Below are positions 10,835 to 21,665 of a stretch of DNA of 64,000 nucleotides, one piece after another; the stretch's first letter is position 1, and every line of letters begins with the position of its first letter. The notes under the pieces were generated by a model. The model searched no databases. It was not told the DNA's origin and saw only the letters and a list, made by a program, of their open reading frames with translations. The DNA is from Elusimicrobiota bacterium (GTDB lineage Bacteria > Elusimicrobiota > Elusimicrobia > UBA1565): assembly GCA_016218495.1 (NCBI GenBank), contig JACRDU010000120.1, positions 13,578-77,577 on the forward strand, read 5' to 3'. Position numbers and translations under genes: made by a program.

Positions 10835-11752
10835 CTAGAGCCTGAGCGAGGCCCCGATGCCCGCGTAGTTGCGTTCTTTCGCCGGGCCGGCCTGGTTCAC
10901 ATGCTGGAACTGCGCTTCCACGGCCAGCATCTCCAGGCCGACGCGCAGGCCGGCCGTGTAGGCCTTGGTGTCGCCGGGGCGGCCTCCCGCGGCCGCGGAC
11001 AGCTCCTTATACTTCGTGTAGGTGGCCCCCACGAAGGGCGTCACCATCGGGAAGAACGGCAGCTCCACGCCCAGGTTCAGCGAAGCGTCGGCATAGCCGT
11101 TGGCGTAGCGGAGGTGCCCGGCCACCGGCGTCCACACCGCGCTAGGCACGACCAGGGCAGCGCTCTTGAGGTCGGCGTTGTAATTGAACTTCGCCGCCCG
11201 GGCCGAGGCCAGCACGCCCAGGAACGAGGCTCCGACGAAGGCGTTGAGCTCCGTCTGGGTGAGCTTCCCTTGCGCGCTCGCCGCCGTCGCGGCCTGCTTG
11301 TGCTGCGTGACCAACGCCCCGCCGCCGAAGTCGACGCGGGCCAGGCCCTTGCCCACCGGGGCGCCGCCGCGGGAGGGGCCCCCGATCCGGCGAATCTTGC
11401 CCTCGCCCATCGGAGAGAGCGTGAAGGCGATGTCCGCGCCGGCGAAGGCCGCGCTCGTGCCGGCCTTGCGCGGCACGAAGCCGCCGCTCAGGCCGGTGCC
11501 GATCCAGCGCCCGTCCCAGCCCAGGCGCAGCGACGCGGCGTGGCGAGGGCCGTTCAGGCCCGTCTCCTCGAAGCGCCGGTACTCGGGCGCCGCAGAGAAA
11601 TCCCCCAGGCTGGCCGCGGCATAGACGTCGGTCCCGCGGTATTTGTCGGTGCCGAACGATTGGAAGACCCCGGCATTGAGGCCCGGCAGGCCGGCCGCCC
11701 CGGCGGGTGCCGCCGTGAGCGCCGCCAGCATGACTGCGACGAAGTGCTTCAT
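10835..11752 (-). CDS. secreted outer-membrane beta-barrel-like protein (hypothetical)
   Basis: Start chosen at the internal ATG giving MKHFVAVMLAALTAAPAGAAG, a Sec signal. It has a GGAGG RBS and an ATGA overlap with the upstream gene's stop. Alternating Gly/aromatic-rich composition. Confidence 0.55.
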   Translation of the reverse strand: MKHFVAVMLAALTAAPAGAAGLPGLNAGVFQSFGTDKYRGTDVYAAASLGDFSAAPEYRRFEETGLNGPRHAASLRLGWDGRWIGTGLSGGFVPRKAGTSAAFAGADIAFTLSPMGEGKIRRIGGPSRGGAPVGKGLARVDFGGGALVTQHKQAATAASAQGKLTQTELNAFVGASFLGVLASARAAKFNYNADLKSAALVVPSAVWTPVAGHLRYANGYADASLNLGVELPFFPMVTPFVGATYTKYKELSAAAGGRPGDTKAYTAGLRVGLEMLAVEAQFQHVNQAGPAKERNYAGIGASLRL

Positions 11753-12954
11753 AGTTCCTCCTGGTCCGGCTGTACGGAAACTGGTTCGGACGGCGGGACG
11801 GCCGGCTCCGGGAGCGGGGACGGCGCCGTGCCCGTCGAGGTTTCGGGGGCGGGCCTGGGATTGTCCCTGGCGGCCGGCTTCTGCACCCGCGCGGGAGGCT
11901 CGTCCTCCCCCGGCTTCGGCCCGGCCTCCCCCGCGGACAGCGGGGAGAGGGCGGCCCACGTGTAGCGGTTCTGGGGATTCCACAGGATCCAGCTCTCCAC
12001 GCCCTGATGGGACGCGGCCCGGAGCTCGGCGCGCACCTCGGGGACCCCGTAGCGGTGCCCCAGGGAGAAATCCTGCAGGTAAGGCCTCAGCTTCGCCGTG
12101 CCGCCGAGCTTGCGCTTGGCGTCCCGGAGGCCCCAGGAGATGATGCGGTAGGGTTCCCTGTTGGGGTCGGAGAGGCCGTATTCCCCCCGCGCATAATGCG
12201 ACGGGTACATCATCGGGCTGAGCGCGTCGACGCTGCGGGCCATGCGCCCGAGGGCCTGCCCGATGCCCATGTCGTCATGCGCCGTCGTGGTGAGGCCGAA
12301 GACCGCCGCCGACATGCCCACGCCGGCCTCATCGAGCCTCCGGCGCGCCAGCGCCATGAACTCCTCGAGCGCGGCCACGGCGGTGGCGCTCGAATGCGAG
12401 ACATGGGAATAACGGCAGCGGCGCGTGTCCCCGTCGGACGGGAAGCGGATGTAGTCGAACTGGACCTCGTCGAAGCCCGCCTGCGCGGCGGCGAGGGCCA
12501 CGTCCAGGTTGTAGTCCCAGACCTCGCGCCGATACGGGTCGACCCAGGCCACACCCTTCTTGTTCTTCCAGACCCCGCCGTCCACGTCCGTCACCGCCCA
12601 CTCGGGGCGGCGCCGGGCCAGGGTGTCGTCCTTGAAGACGACGACGCGCGCGATGGCACGCATGCCGCGGGCCTTGATGTCGGCCACCAGGGCCCGCGGG
12701 TCGGGAATGGCGATGCGGACCGTCCCGAGTTCGGCCGCGGACGCCACGCCGGGGATGTAGACCTTGCCGTCGTACTCCTTGACCGGGACGATGACGGCGT
12801 TGACCACCGTCCCCGCGGCCTTGTCCAGGAACAGCCGCCTGTCCTTGCCCGAACCGGCCACCCAGGCCGTGAGATGGACCCCGCGCACGGGCGCGGTCGA
12901 CGCCGCGCCGGAGGCGGGCGCCAAGGCCAGGAGCAAGGGCAGCAGGCTCGTCAT
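11749..12954 (-). CDS. putative glycoside hydrolase-like TIM-barrel protein (GHL/DUF4015-type), secreted
   Basis: 401 aa with a signal peptide. Motifs FDEVQFDYIRFP and ESWILWNP are typical of this uncharacterised hydrolase-like family. Pro/Glu-rich C-terminal tail. Confidence 0.5.
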   Translation of the reverse strand: MTSLLPLLLALAPASGAASTAPVRGVHLTAWVAGSGKDRRLFLDKAAGTVVNAVIVPVKEYDGKVYIPGVASAAELGTVRIAIPDPRALVADIKARGMRAIARVVVFKDDTLARRRPEWAVTDVDGGVWKNKKGVAWVDPYRREVWDYNLDVALAAAQAGFDEVQFDYIRFPSDGDTRRCRYSHVSHSSATAVAALEEFMALARRRLDEAGVGMSAAVFGLTTTAHDDMGIGQALGRMARSVDALSPMMYPSHYARGEYGLSDPNREPYRIISWGLRDAKRKLGGTAKLRPYLQDFSLGHRYGVPEVRAELRAASHQGVESWILWNPQNRYTWAALSPLSAGEAGPKPGEDEPPARVQKPAARDNPRPAPETSTGTAPSPLPEPAVPPSEPVSVQPDQEEL

Positions 12955-12970
12955 CAGGGCAGGGAGTCTA

Positions 12971-13498
12971 TCAATCCCGGGCCCCCGGGATGAAGGGGGC
13001 GGCAGCGACCCAGGCCAGGCTCGCCGCCGCCAGCAGGAACTTCACCGCGGCCAGCACGGCCATCGGCCCGGCCGCGCGCAGGCGGGCGGAGAGGATCAGC
13101 AGGCTCAGGATGTTCTCTGCGACATCGCAGACGGCGGCCAGCGCGGCCGCCCAAGCCGCGGCCCGGGCCGGGGCGGGGAATCGCCGCGCACCTCCCAGGA
13201 GCAAGGACAGCGAGCCCAGGCTCAGGCCGTACGCGACGAGGAACGGAAAATCCAACCAGGTCATCGCGGCGGCCCGCGCCGCCCCGTCCGGTCCCCAGCG
13301 GGCGAGCAGGGCGGCCATGGCCGCCTCCCCTCCCGCCAATTCGAAGCTGGCCAGGCCGTAGGGGACCTCGGGGACGCTCAGGGGGCGCCCCATATAAAGG
13401 AGGCCGGAACCCAGGGCCAGCGCCGCGGCCGACGAAGAGGCGGCGAGCCTGCCGAGGGCCGGCCGCGCCAGCCGTTCAAAAGGATGAGCGGGCAACAT
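12971..13498 (-). CDS. hypothetical polytopic membrane protein
   Basis: 175-aa hydrophobic C-terminal portion of a longer Arg-rich ORF. Start chosen at the ATG giving MLPAHPF. The start is uncertain because there is no clear RBS. Confidence 0.35.
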   Translation of the reverse strand: MLPAHPFERLARPALGRLAASSSAAALALGSGLLYMGRPLSVPEVPYGLASFELAGGEAAMAALLARWGPDGAARAAAMTWLDFPFLVAYGLSLGSLSLLLGGARRFPAPARAAAWAAALAAVCDVAENILSLLILSARLRAAGPMAVLAAVKFLLAAASLAWVAAAPFIPGARD

Positions 13499-13523
13499 CC
13501 CCGTAAAGCTATCATTTCCGGCG

Positions 13524-15377
13524 ATGGGAGCCCGCCTCCTGCTGGTGACGGCCGACAAGGTCTTCGCGGAGAACTTCGCGAAGGCCTGCGCAGACCGCAG
13601 CCTCTGCGTGGAGACCCTCGCCTCCGCCAGCCAGCTGCCCGCGGCCTGGGGGAGCGGCGACGACCGGGCGGTGGGCGTGGCGGCCGACCAGCTCGCGCTG
13701 CGCGACCGCGAGAGGAGGAAGCTGCTCGAGCTGCACTGCGCGCCCGACGCCCCGCCGCTCTTGATGCTGGAGCTGCCCGAGACCTCCGCCGTCGCCGCCC
13801 GCTCGGCCCCGGTCCGCATGCTGTGGCCGCCCGAAGCTGGCTTCCTCGAAGACCTCCTCGATTCCGGCCAGACCGCCTTGGCCGTCCTCGTCGAGCCGTC
13901 GCTCTGGGAGACGGGGCTCCTCGGCCCGCGCCTCGAAGCCGCGGGGTTCGCCGTCTTCGAGGCGGCCACGCCCGAGGACGCCGCCGGGCTGGCCGCGAGC
14001 TTCGAAGCGCCCGCCGCCGCGCTGGCGCCGTGCCGCCCCGACCTGGTGGAGGCTGAGGCCTTCGCGGAGCGCTTCCAAGCCGAGCGTCCCGACATACGCG
14101 TGCTCGTGGCCGACTCGCGCGCCCCGCTGCACGCCGCCGAGGACGCCCTGCGCCGCCGACGGCCCGCGCCGCTGCCCCGGCACCTGCTGGCCGCCGCCGC
14201 GGACCTGCTGATGGGGCGCAGGTCCGCCGACCCGCTCTCGCTGGGGCGCATCCTCCTGCTCGAGCCGGACCGGGCCGAGCTCGGCCGCCTGGCCGGCGCC
14301 CTGCTGGAGGAGGGCTACGAGGTGGCCGCCTGCCCGACCATCGCGAGCGCCGTAGCCCGGGCCAAGGAAGACCCCTGCCACGTCGCCGTCGTGTCGGCGT
14401 CCACCGACGAGGCCGAGGCGGCGTCCCGGGCGGCGGTGAGCCTGCGCGAGGCCGACGCCGACCTCCGGCTCATCCTGAGCCTGAAGCGGGGGGCGGCGCC
14501 CAACGCCCTGGGCACCATCACCGCGGTGGCCGCCTCCGGGATCGACGACTGCCTCCTCGCCCCGGTCGAGCCGTCGCAGCTCGCGTTCTCCATCAGCCGC
14601 GCGCTGGAACGCCGGCACCTGCGCCGGGAGAACGAACGCCTGCTCGAGGCCTTGAAGAAGACGAACGCCGACCTGGAGGCGCTGACGGGTTTCCAGAAGA
14701 AGTTCTTCGCCATGGTCGCCCACGACGTGAAGAACCCGCTGGGGGCCATCCTCGGCTACGCCCAGCTGATGAGCCTGAAGTCGAAGGACCCGGTCCTGGC
14801 CAAGCCCCTGGGCTCCATCGAGTCGGCCGCCAAGACCCTCAACGGGCTGATCTCGGACCTCGTCGACTTCGCCGCCATCGAGTCCGGGAAGCTGCGGGTC
14901 AACATGGAGCAGATGGACCTCGCGCGGGTCGTCGCCGAGGTGCAGTCGCGCGTGCTGGTCGCCGCCGGCAAGCGGCGCATCACGCTCCACGTCTCGGCCC
15001 CCGGCGAGCTCCCCCCCCTGAGCGGCGACCCGCTGCGCATCGGGCAGGTGATCCAGAACCTCTGCACCAACGCTATCCAATACACTCCGGAGGGCGGGAC
15101 GGTCACCTTGCTGGTCGAACGCGGCCCGGCCCAGGTCCAGATCAGCGTGCGCGACACCGGCATCGGCATCTCCAAGGAAGACCTGCCGCGCATCTTCGAA
15201 CGGTTCTTCCAGGCGCAGAACGCCCAGACGATGCGGCGGGCGGGCTTCGGCTTGGGCCTGAAAATCTCCCAGGAGATCGTCAAGGCGCACGGCGGCGCCC
15301 TGGGCGTGACCTCGGAGCTCGGCCGGGGCTCGACCTTCGCCTTCACATTACCCCTGGCCTCCGGCCCCCTCTCCTGA
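13524..15377 (+). CDS. cytoplasmic histidine kinase with N-terminal degenerate receiver-like domains
   Basis: 617 aa. C-terminal HisKA (FFAMVAHDVKNPL) plus HATPase_c (N-box NLCTNAIQYT, DTGIGI, GFGLGL). The N-terminal ~370 aa resemble CheY-like folds, but the phospho-acceptor Asp positions appear substituted. Confidence 0.8.
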   Translation: MGARLLLVTADKVFAENFAKACADRSLCVETLASASQLPAAWGSGDDRAVGVAADQLALRDRERRKLLELHCAPDAPPLLMLELPETSAVAARSAPVRMLWPPEAGFLEDLLDSGQTALAVLVEPSLWETGLLGPRLEAAGFAVFEAATPEDAAGLAASFEAPAAALAPCRPDLVEAEAFAERFQAERPDIRVLVADSRAPLHAAEDALRRRRPAPLPRHLLAAAADLLMGRRSADPLSLGRILLLEPDRAELGRLAGALLEEGYEVAACPTIASAVARAKEDPCHVAVVSASTDEAEAASRAAVSLREADADLRLILSLKRGAAPNALGTITAVAASGIDDCLLAPVEPSQLAFSISRALERRHLRRENERLLEALKKTNADLEALTGFQKKFFAMVAHDVKNPLGAILGYAQLMSLKSKDPVLAKPLGSIESAAKTLNGLISDLVDFAAIESGKLRVNMEQMDLARVVAEVQSRVLVAAGKRRITLHVSAPGELPPLSGDPLRIGQVIQNLCTNAIQYTPEGGTVTLLVERGPAQVQISVRDTGIGISKEDLPRIFERFFQAQNAQTMRRAGFGLGLKISQEIVKAHGGALGVTSELGRGSTFAFTLPLASGPLS

Positions 15378-15391
15378 TATATTAGCTGCAC

Positions 15392-16984
15392 ATGGCTGGA
15401 CCGGCCCTCTGCGTCCTCGCTCTGCTGCTGGTGCCGGCATCGGCCGCCGCGCCCCCGCGCCGGGCCGCGTCCAAGCAGCAGGCCAAGCCGGCGGCGCCGA
15501 AGCCTCCCGAGACGCTCGAGGAGGACAGGCGGCTCCAGGAGGTCATGGCCCGGGTCGATGCGCTGGTGGCCGAGGCGCGCCCCCTGATCGCCGAGGTCGT
15601 GAAGCTGCGCGGCCGCTACGCCGACGGCGACCTCGAGGCCCTGGGCAAGGAGCGGCTCCCGGTCGTCCACGCGCTCGAGGAGAAGCGCGAGCTCATCCGG
15701 GACCAGATCGACGAGTTCAAGACCCTGCGCAAGGAGTTCCAGTTCCGGCAGGGCGCCGCCATCATCTCCGCCATCGCGGGGGGGGCGTCGGCGGACGTCC
15801 AAGACAGCCTGCGCAAGGTCATGGACTACGACAACTACCCGAAGGACGTCTCGCGCTTCCGTGACGAGATCGACGAGGCCCTGCGCGCGGACCTCTCCGC
15901 CTTCGACCAGGCGAAGTCCGCCCGGGAGGCGGGCATCCGCGAGAAGCAGTTCCTCGCGGCCGCCGCGGGCGGCAGCGTCCTCTTCCTGGGCTTCGTGGTC
16001 TGGCTGGCCCGGCGCGCGCGGGCGCGCCGCCTGGAGACCCTGACCGCGGTGCCCGTCACGGTCACGCCCGCCCCGGCGCTTCGCGCCGGCACGCAGCCGG
16101 CCCTGGGCATGAGGACGCCCCTGCCGACCCTCAGGGGGCCGGGGTCGACCCCGGCGCCCCGGCGCGTCGACCCGACCCCGGGCGCCGTCATCGGCGGGTC
16201 CTGGCGGGTCCTCTCCGCCCCGTTCCCCAACCCGCTCGGGACGGTCTTCGAGGGCGAGGAGGTCCAAGGGCGCCGCGCGGTCACCATCCGGCGCATCCGC
16301 GACGAGCTCCACCGCAACGAAAAGGACCTCGACCGCTTCCTCGAGCGGGCCCGGCACGTCTCCGCCCTGAAGCATCCGAACATCTCCGAGGTCCTCGCCG
16401 TGTTCGTCGAGGACGACAGGGTGCACATCGTCACCGAGCGGGTCGAGGGGAAGGTGGTCGGCGACTTCCTCGAGCCGGGCCGGCGCATCAACCTGCCCAG
16501 CGTCAAGCGCGTGCTGCTGCAGGCCGCCAAGGCCGTCGAACACGCGCACCAGGCCAAGGTCATCCACGGCGACCTCTCCCCGCAATGCCTGACCGTCACG
16601 CGCGACGGCCTCGCCAAGGTCGCCGACTTCGGCATCGGGATCGAGGCGCGCAAGATCGCGGCGAAGCTCTCCTGGACGGACCCGATAGGGAACCCCGCCT
16701 ACCTGGCGCCGGAGCAGGAGCTGGGGTCCGCCTTCAAGGAATCCGACGTCTTCGCCCTGGGGGTGCTGCTCTACGAGATGACGACCGGCGCCCTCCCCTT
16801 CGAGGGGCCCAACTTCCTGGCGCAGAAGCGGGAGCGCGCCTGCAAGCCCCCGTCCGGGATCGCCCCGGGCCTGCCGAAGGCCCTCGACCCCCTCATCTCG
16901 AAATGCCTGTCCCCGGAACCCCAGCACCGCTTCAGGACCGTGGCGGATTTCGCCGAGGCGCTGGAGAAGCTGCCCGACGCGTGA
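15392..16984 (+). CDS. receptor-topology Hanks-type Ser/Thr kinase-like protein (signal peptide + coiled-coil ectodomain + TM + C-terminal kinase domain); probable pseudokinase
   Basis: DFG (VADFGIG), APE (YLAPEQ) and DxFALG motifs are present. VAIK is AVTIRRI (Lys to Arg) and the catalytic loop is HGDLSPQC instead of HRDLKPxN. Confidence 0.7.
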   Translation: MAGPALCVLALLLVPASAAAPPRRAASKQQAKPAAPKPPETLEEDRRLQEVMARVDALVAEARPLIAEVVKLRGRYADGDLEALGKERLPVVHALEEKRELIRDQIDEFKTLRKEFQFRQGAAIISAIAGGASADVQDSLRKVMDYDNYPKDVSRFRDEIDEALRADLSAFDQAKSAREAGIREKQFLAAAAGGSVLFLGFVVWLARRARARRLETLTAVPVTVTPAPALRAGTQPALGMRTPLPTLRGPGSTPAPRRVDPTPGAVIGGSWRVLSAPFPNPLGTVFEGEEVQGRRAVTIRRIRDELHRNEKDLDRFLERARHVSALKHPNISEVLAVFVEDDRVHIVTERVEGKVVGDFLEPGRRINLPSVKRVLLQAAKAVEHAHQAKVIHGDLSPQCLTVTRDGLAKVADFGIGIEARKIAAKLSWTDPIGNPAYLAPEQELGSAFKESDVFALGVLLYEMTTGALPFEGPNFLAQKRERACKPPSGIAPGLPKALDPLISKCLSPEPQHRFRTVADFAEALEKLPDA

Positions 16985-17427
16985 GACGGCTGGCCCTCGC
17001 GCTCGCGCTGCTCTGCTGGGCCGGCTGTTCGTCGGCGCCCCGCGCCGCCAAGAGCGGTCGCGGCGGCGCGGTGGCCGAATGGGCCCGGCGCAGCCTGGGC
17101 CGCCCTTATCATACCGGCGGGCGGGCCCCGGATTCCGGGTTCGACTGCTCGGGCCTGGCCTGGTGGTCCCACCGTCAGGCCGGCATCGAGATCCCCCCCA
17201 CGTCCGCGACGCAGTTCGAGGCGGGGCGGCAGATCAAGCGCCCGATGCTGCTGCCCGGGGACCTGGTGTTCTTCACGACCGAGCGGCGCGGCCCCTCCCA
17301 TGTCGGCGTCTATATAGGAAGCGACCGCTTCATCCACGCGCCGAAATCCGGCTCCGCGGTCTCCACGGCCTCGCTCCGGGAGCCCTATTGGCTGAAGCGT
17401 TTCCTCGGGGCAAGGCGATACTGGTAG
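16981..17427 (+). CDS. NlpC/P60 family (C40) cell-wall peptidase lipoprotein
   Basis: GTG start overlapping the kinase stop (GTGA). Lipobox LLCWAGCSS. Catalytic Cys (FDCSGL) and His (HVGVY). Confidence 0.75.
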   Translation: MRRLALALALLCWAGCSSAPRAAKSGRGGAVAEWARRSLGRPYHTGGRAPDSGFDCSGLAWWSHRQAGIEIPPTSATQFEAGRQIKRPMLLPGDLVFFTTERRGPSHVGVYIGSDRFIHAPKSGSAVSTASLREPYWLKRFLGARRYW

Positions 17428-17462
17428 CCGATTCCGGGCCTTCTGCGGTATAATACCCCTTC

Positions 17463-19508
17463 ATGGTCAAGCGCCTGGTCACCGAGTGGCTCGCACCGTT
17501 CGGCCAACCCCGCTTCCGCAAGCCGGACCAGTGGGCCCAGCGCCTGAGGCCGGCGGCGGCCGACCCGGGTCCCTCCCCCCTCCCCGAAGCGCTGCGCGAA
17601 GGCATATCCAAGGCCCAGGAAGCCCTGCTCGCCAAGCAGGACGAGGGCCAGGGCTATTGGTGCGGCGAATTGGCGGCCGACACCACGCTGGAATCGGACG
17701 CGATCATGTTCTGGAACTTCCTGGGGCGGGGAGACGACCCCAAGGTCGCCCGGCTCGCCGCCACGGTCCTGCAGGAACAGCTCCCGGACGGAGGCTGGCC
17801 CATCTACCGCGACGGCCCCGCCGAGATCTCCGCGACGGTGAAGGCCTACTGGGCGCTGAAGTTCGCCGGCCACAAGCCCGACCATCCCGCGCTCGCCAAG
17901 GCCCGGGAGCGCATCAAGGCCCTGGGCGGGATCCATAAGGTCAACACGTACTCCAAGTTCTACATGGCCATGTGGGGCCTCTACGACTGGAAGGGCGTCC
18001 CCTCCATCCCGCCGGAGATCATGCTGTTCCCCTCCTGGTTCTATTTCAACATCTACCAGATGTCCTCGTGGACGCGGGCCATCGTCATCCCGCTGGCCCT
18101 GATCTGGTCGGAGCGGCCCCCGCTCGCCTGTCCCGCCCACGCCCGCCTCGACGAGCTGTTCCCGGACGAGCGCCGCAGCGTGCCGCTCTCCGATGTGATG
18201 CCCCCGCACTCCTTCCTCTCTTGGACCGACTTCTTCCTGCTCTGCGACAAGGCCCTCAAAGGGGCGGAAGGCCGCGGACCCCACTGGGTGCGCGTCTGGG
18301 CCCTCAAGCTCTGCGAGGAGTGGATCCTCGAGCGGCTCGAGGACTCCGACGGCCTGGGCGCCATCTACCCCGGCATCGTGAACACCGTGTTCGCGATGAA
18401 GAGCCTGGGCTATTCCGACAACGACCCGCGCCTGCGCGCGCAGATCGCGGAGTTCGAGGCCCTCGAGCTGGCCCGGGACGGCCGCCTCGAGATGGAGCCC
18501 TGCCATTCCCCGGTCTGGGACACCGCCATCGCGGTCATCGGCCTGGCGGAATCCGGCCTCGACCGCCGCCATCCCGCCCTCGTCCGGGCCACCGAGTGGC
18601 TCCTGTCCAAGGCGATCCGCCGCACGGGCGACTGGCGCTGCACGAACACCGTGGGCCCCGCCGGCGGCTGGGCCTTCGAGTTCCACAACGACTTCTACCC
18701 CGACATCGACGACACCGCGATGGTCATGCTGGCGCTGCGGCACGTCGAGCTGGAGGACCGCCCCGCCCTCCAGCGCGAGCAGGCCTGCCTGCGCGGGCTG
18801 CACTGGCTGCTCTCGATGCAGTCCGCTTCCGGGGGCTGGGCGGCCTTCGACAAGGACAACACCAAGGTCATCCTCACCAAGATCCCCTTCGCCGACCACA
18901 ACGCGATGATCGACCCCCCGACGGCCGACGTCACCGGGCGCGTGCTCGAGCTGCTGGGCTACATCGGCTACGACTCCTCCTACGGCGCCGTCCAATCGGC
19001 CGTGGAGTTCCTCAAGAGCGAACAGGAGCCCGACGGGTCCTGGTACGGGCGCTGGGGCGTCAACTACATCTACGGGACCTGGCAGGTCCTGATGGGCCTC
19101 AAGGCCATCGGGGCGGACATGTCCGAGCCTTGGATCCAGAAGGCCGCCAACTGGCTGGCCTCCGTGCAGCTCCCCGACGGCGGCTGGGGAGAGACCTGCA
19201 CGACCTATAACGACCCGTCCCTCAAGGGGCGCGGCCCCGCCACCCCGTCCCAGACGGCCTGGGCGGTCATGGGCCTCATCTCGGCCGGCCGCGCGGCCGA
19301 CCCCGCCGTCGAGAGGGGGGCGGCGCACCTGCTCTCCACCCAGCGCTCCGACGGCGCCTGGGACGAGGCGGGGTTCACGGGCACGGGATTCCCCAAGGTG
19401 TTCTACCTCGAGTACACCCTGTACCGGGATTCCTTCCCCCTCCTCGCGCTCGGGAAATACCGGTCGGAACTGCGCCGATTCAGCGAAGCCGCCCAGGCGG
19501 CCGTCTAG
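17463..19508 (+). CDS. shc: squalene-hopene cyclase
   Basis: 681 aa. DIDDTA catalytic motif (DxDDTA) and multiple QW repeats (GGW...). Confidence 0.92.
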   Translation: MVKRLVTEWLAPFGQPRFRKPDQWAQRLRPAAADPGPSPLPEALREGISKAQEALLAKQDEGQGYWCGELAADTTLESDAIMFWNFLGRGDDPKVARLAATVLQEQLPDGGWPIYRDGPAEISATVKAYWALKFAGHKPDHPALAKARERIKALGGIHKVNTYSKFYMAMWGLYDWKGVPSIPPEIMLFPSWFYFNIYQMSSWTRAIVIPLALIWSERPPLACPAHARLDELFPDERRSVPLSDVMPPHSFLSWTDFFLLCDKALKGAEGRGPHWVRVWALKLCEEWILERLEDSDGLGAIYPGIVNTVFAMKSLGYSDNDPRLRAQIAEFEALELARDGRLEMEPCHSPVWDTAIAVIGLAESGLDRRHPALVRATEWLLSKAIRRTGDWRCTNTVGPAGGWAFEFHNDFYPDIDDTAMVMLALRHVELEDRPALQREQACLRGLHWLLSMQSASGGWAAFDKDNTKVILTKIPFADHNAMIDPPTADVTGRVLELLGYIGYDSSYGAVQSAVEFLKSEQEPDGSWYGRWGVNYIYGTWQVLMGLKAIGADMSEPWIQKAANWLASVQLPDGGWGETCTTYNDPSLKGRGPATPSQTAWAVMGLISAGRAADPAVERGAAHLLSTQRSDGAWDEAGFTGTGFPKVFYLEYTLYRDSFPLLALGKYRSELRRFSEAAQAAV

Positions 19509-19516
19509 GAGACACC

Positions 19517-20669
<1,153 letters not shown>

Positions 20670-20673
<4 letters not shown>

Positions 20674-21665
20674 CCGGCGCCACCGGGTTCGTCGGGGCCA
20701 ACCTGGCCCGCCTGCTGCTGCAAAAGGGCCTGCGCGTCCGGGCCCTGGCCCGGCGCGGCTCCGACCGCCGGGCCCTGGCGGGCCTGGCGGTCGACCTGCA
20801 CGAGGGCGACCTCCTGGACCCGGCCTCGCTCGAGTCCGGCTGCCGGGGGGCCCGCTGGGTGTTCCATCTCGCGGCCGACTACCGCATCTGGGTCCCCGAC
20901 CCCGCCGCGATGATGCGGGCCAACGTCGATGGGACCGTCAACGTCCTGACGGCGGCGGGCAAGGCCGGCGCGGAACGCATCGTCCACTGCTCCAGCGTGG
21001 CGGCGGTGAAGCTCATCAAGGACGGCACCCCCGCCGGCGAGGACTCCCGCTACGACGGCCCCGACGGCATCATCGGGGTCTACAAGCGCTCCAAGTGGCT
21101 CTCGGAACAGGCCGCCCTGCGCCTGGCCGGCGCGGGCCTGCCCGTGGTGGTCGTCAACCCGGCCGCCCCGGTCGGCCCTTGGGACGTCAAGCCCACGCCC
21201 ACCGGGAAGATCATCCTCGACTTCCTGCTGCGCCGCCTCCCGTCCTATGTGGATACGGGGCTCAACGTCGTCCACGTGCAGGACGTCGCCATGGGGCATT
21301 GGCTGGCCGCCCAGAAGGGACGGGTGGGAGAACGCTACATCCTGGGCGGGGAGAACCTGACGCTGAAGGGCCTGCTCGACATCCTGGCCGAGGAGACCGG
21401 CCTGCGCGCGCCGCGCTTCAAGACGCCCTACGCGCTGGCCTATGCCGTGGGGGCCGCCGACACCCTGCGCCTCACCCTCTTCGGCGGGACGCCGGTCGCC
21501 CCCCTCGACGCCGTCCGGATGGCGCGCCACAAGATGTTCTTCACCGCCCAAAAGGCGGTCCGCGAGCTGGGCCTGCCGCAGACTCCGGCCCGCACGGCCC
21601 TGCGCGACGCCGCGGCCTGGTTCTGGGAGCACGGCTACGCGCCGCGCCCGCAAGCCCGTGCCTGA
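20670..21665 (+). CDS. hpnA: hopanoid-associated NAD-dependent sugar epimerase/dehydratase HpnA; start uncertain (no ATG/GTG/TTG; a CTG at 20670 is the only candidate)
   Basis: Frame-0 translation from 20658 gives DLAFLTGATGFVGANLARLLLQKG (Rossmann GxxGxxG), continuing through the listed 20859..21665 ORF. Confidence 0.7.
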
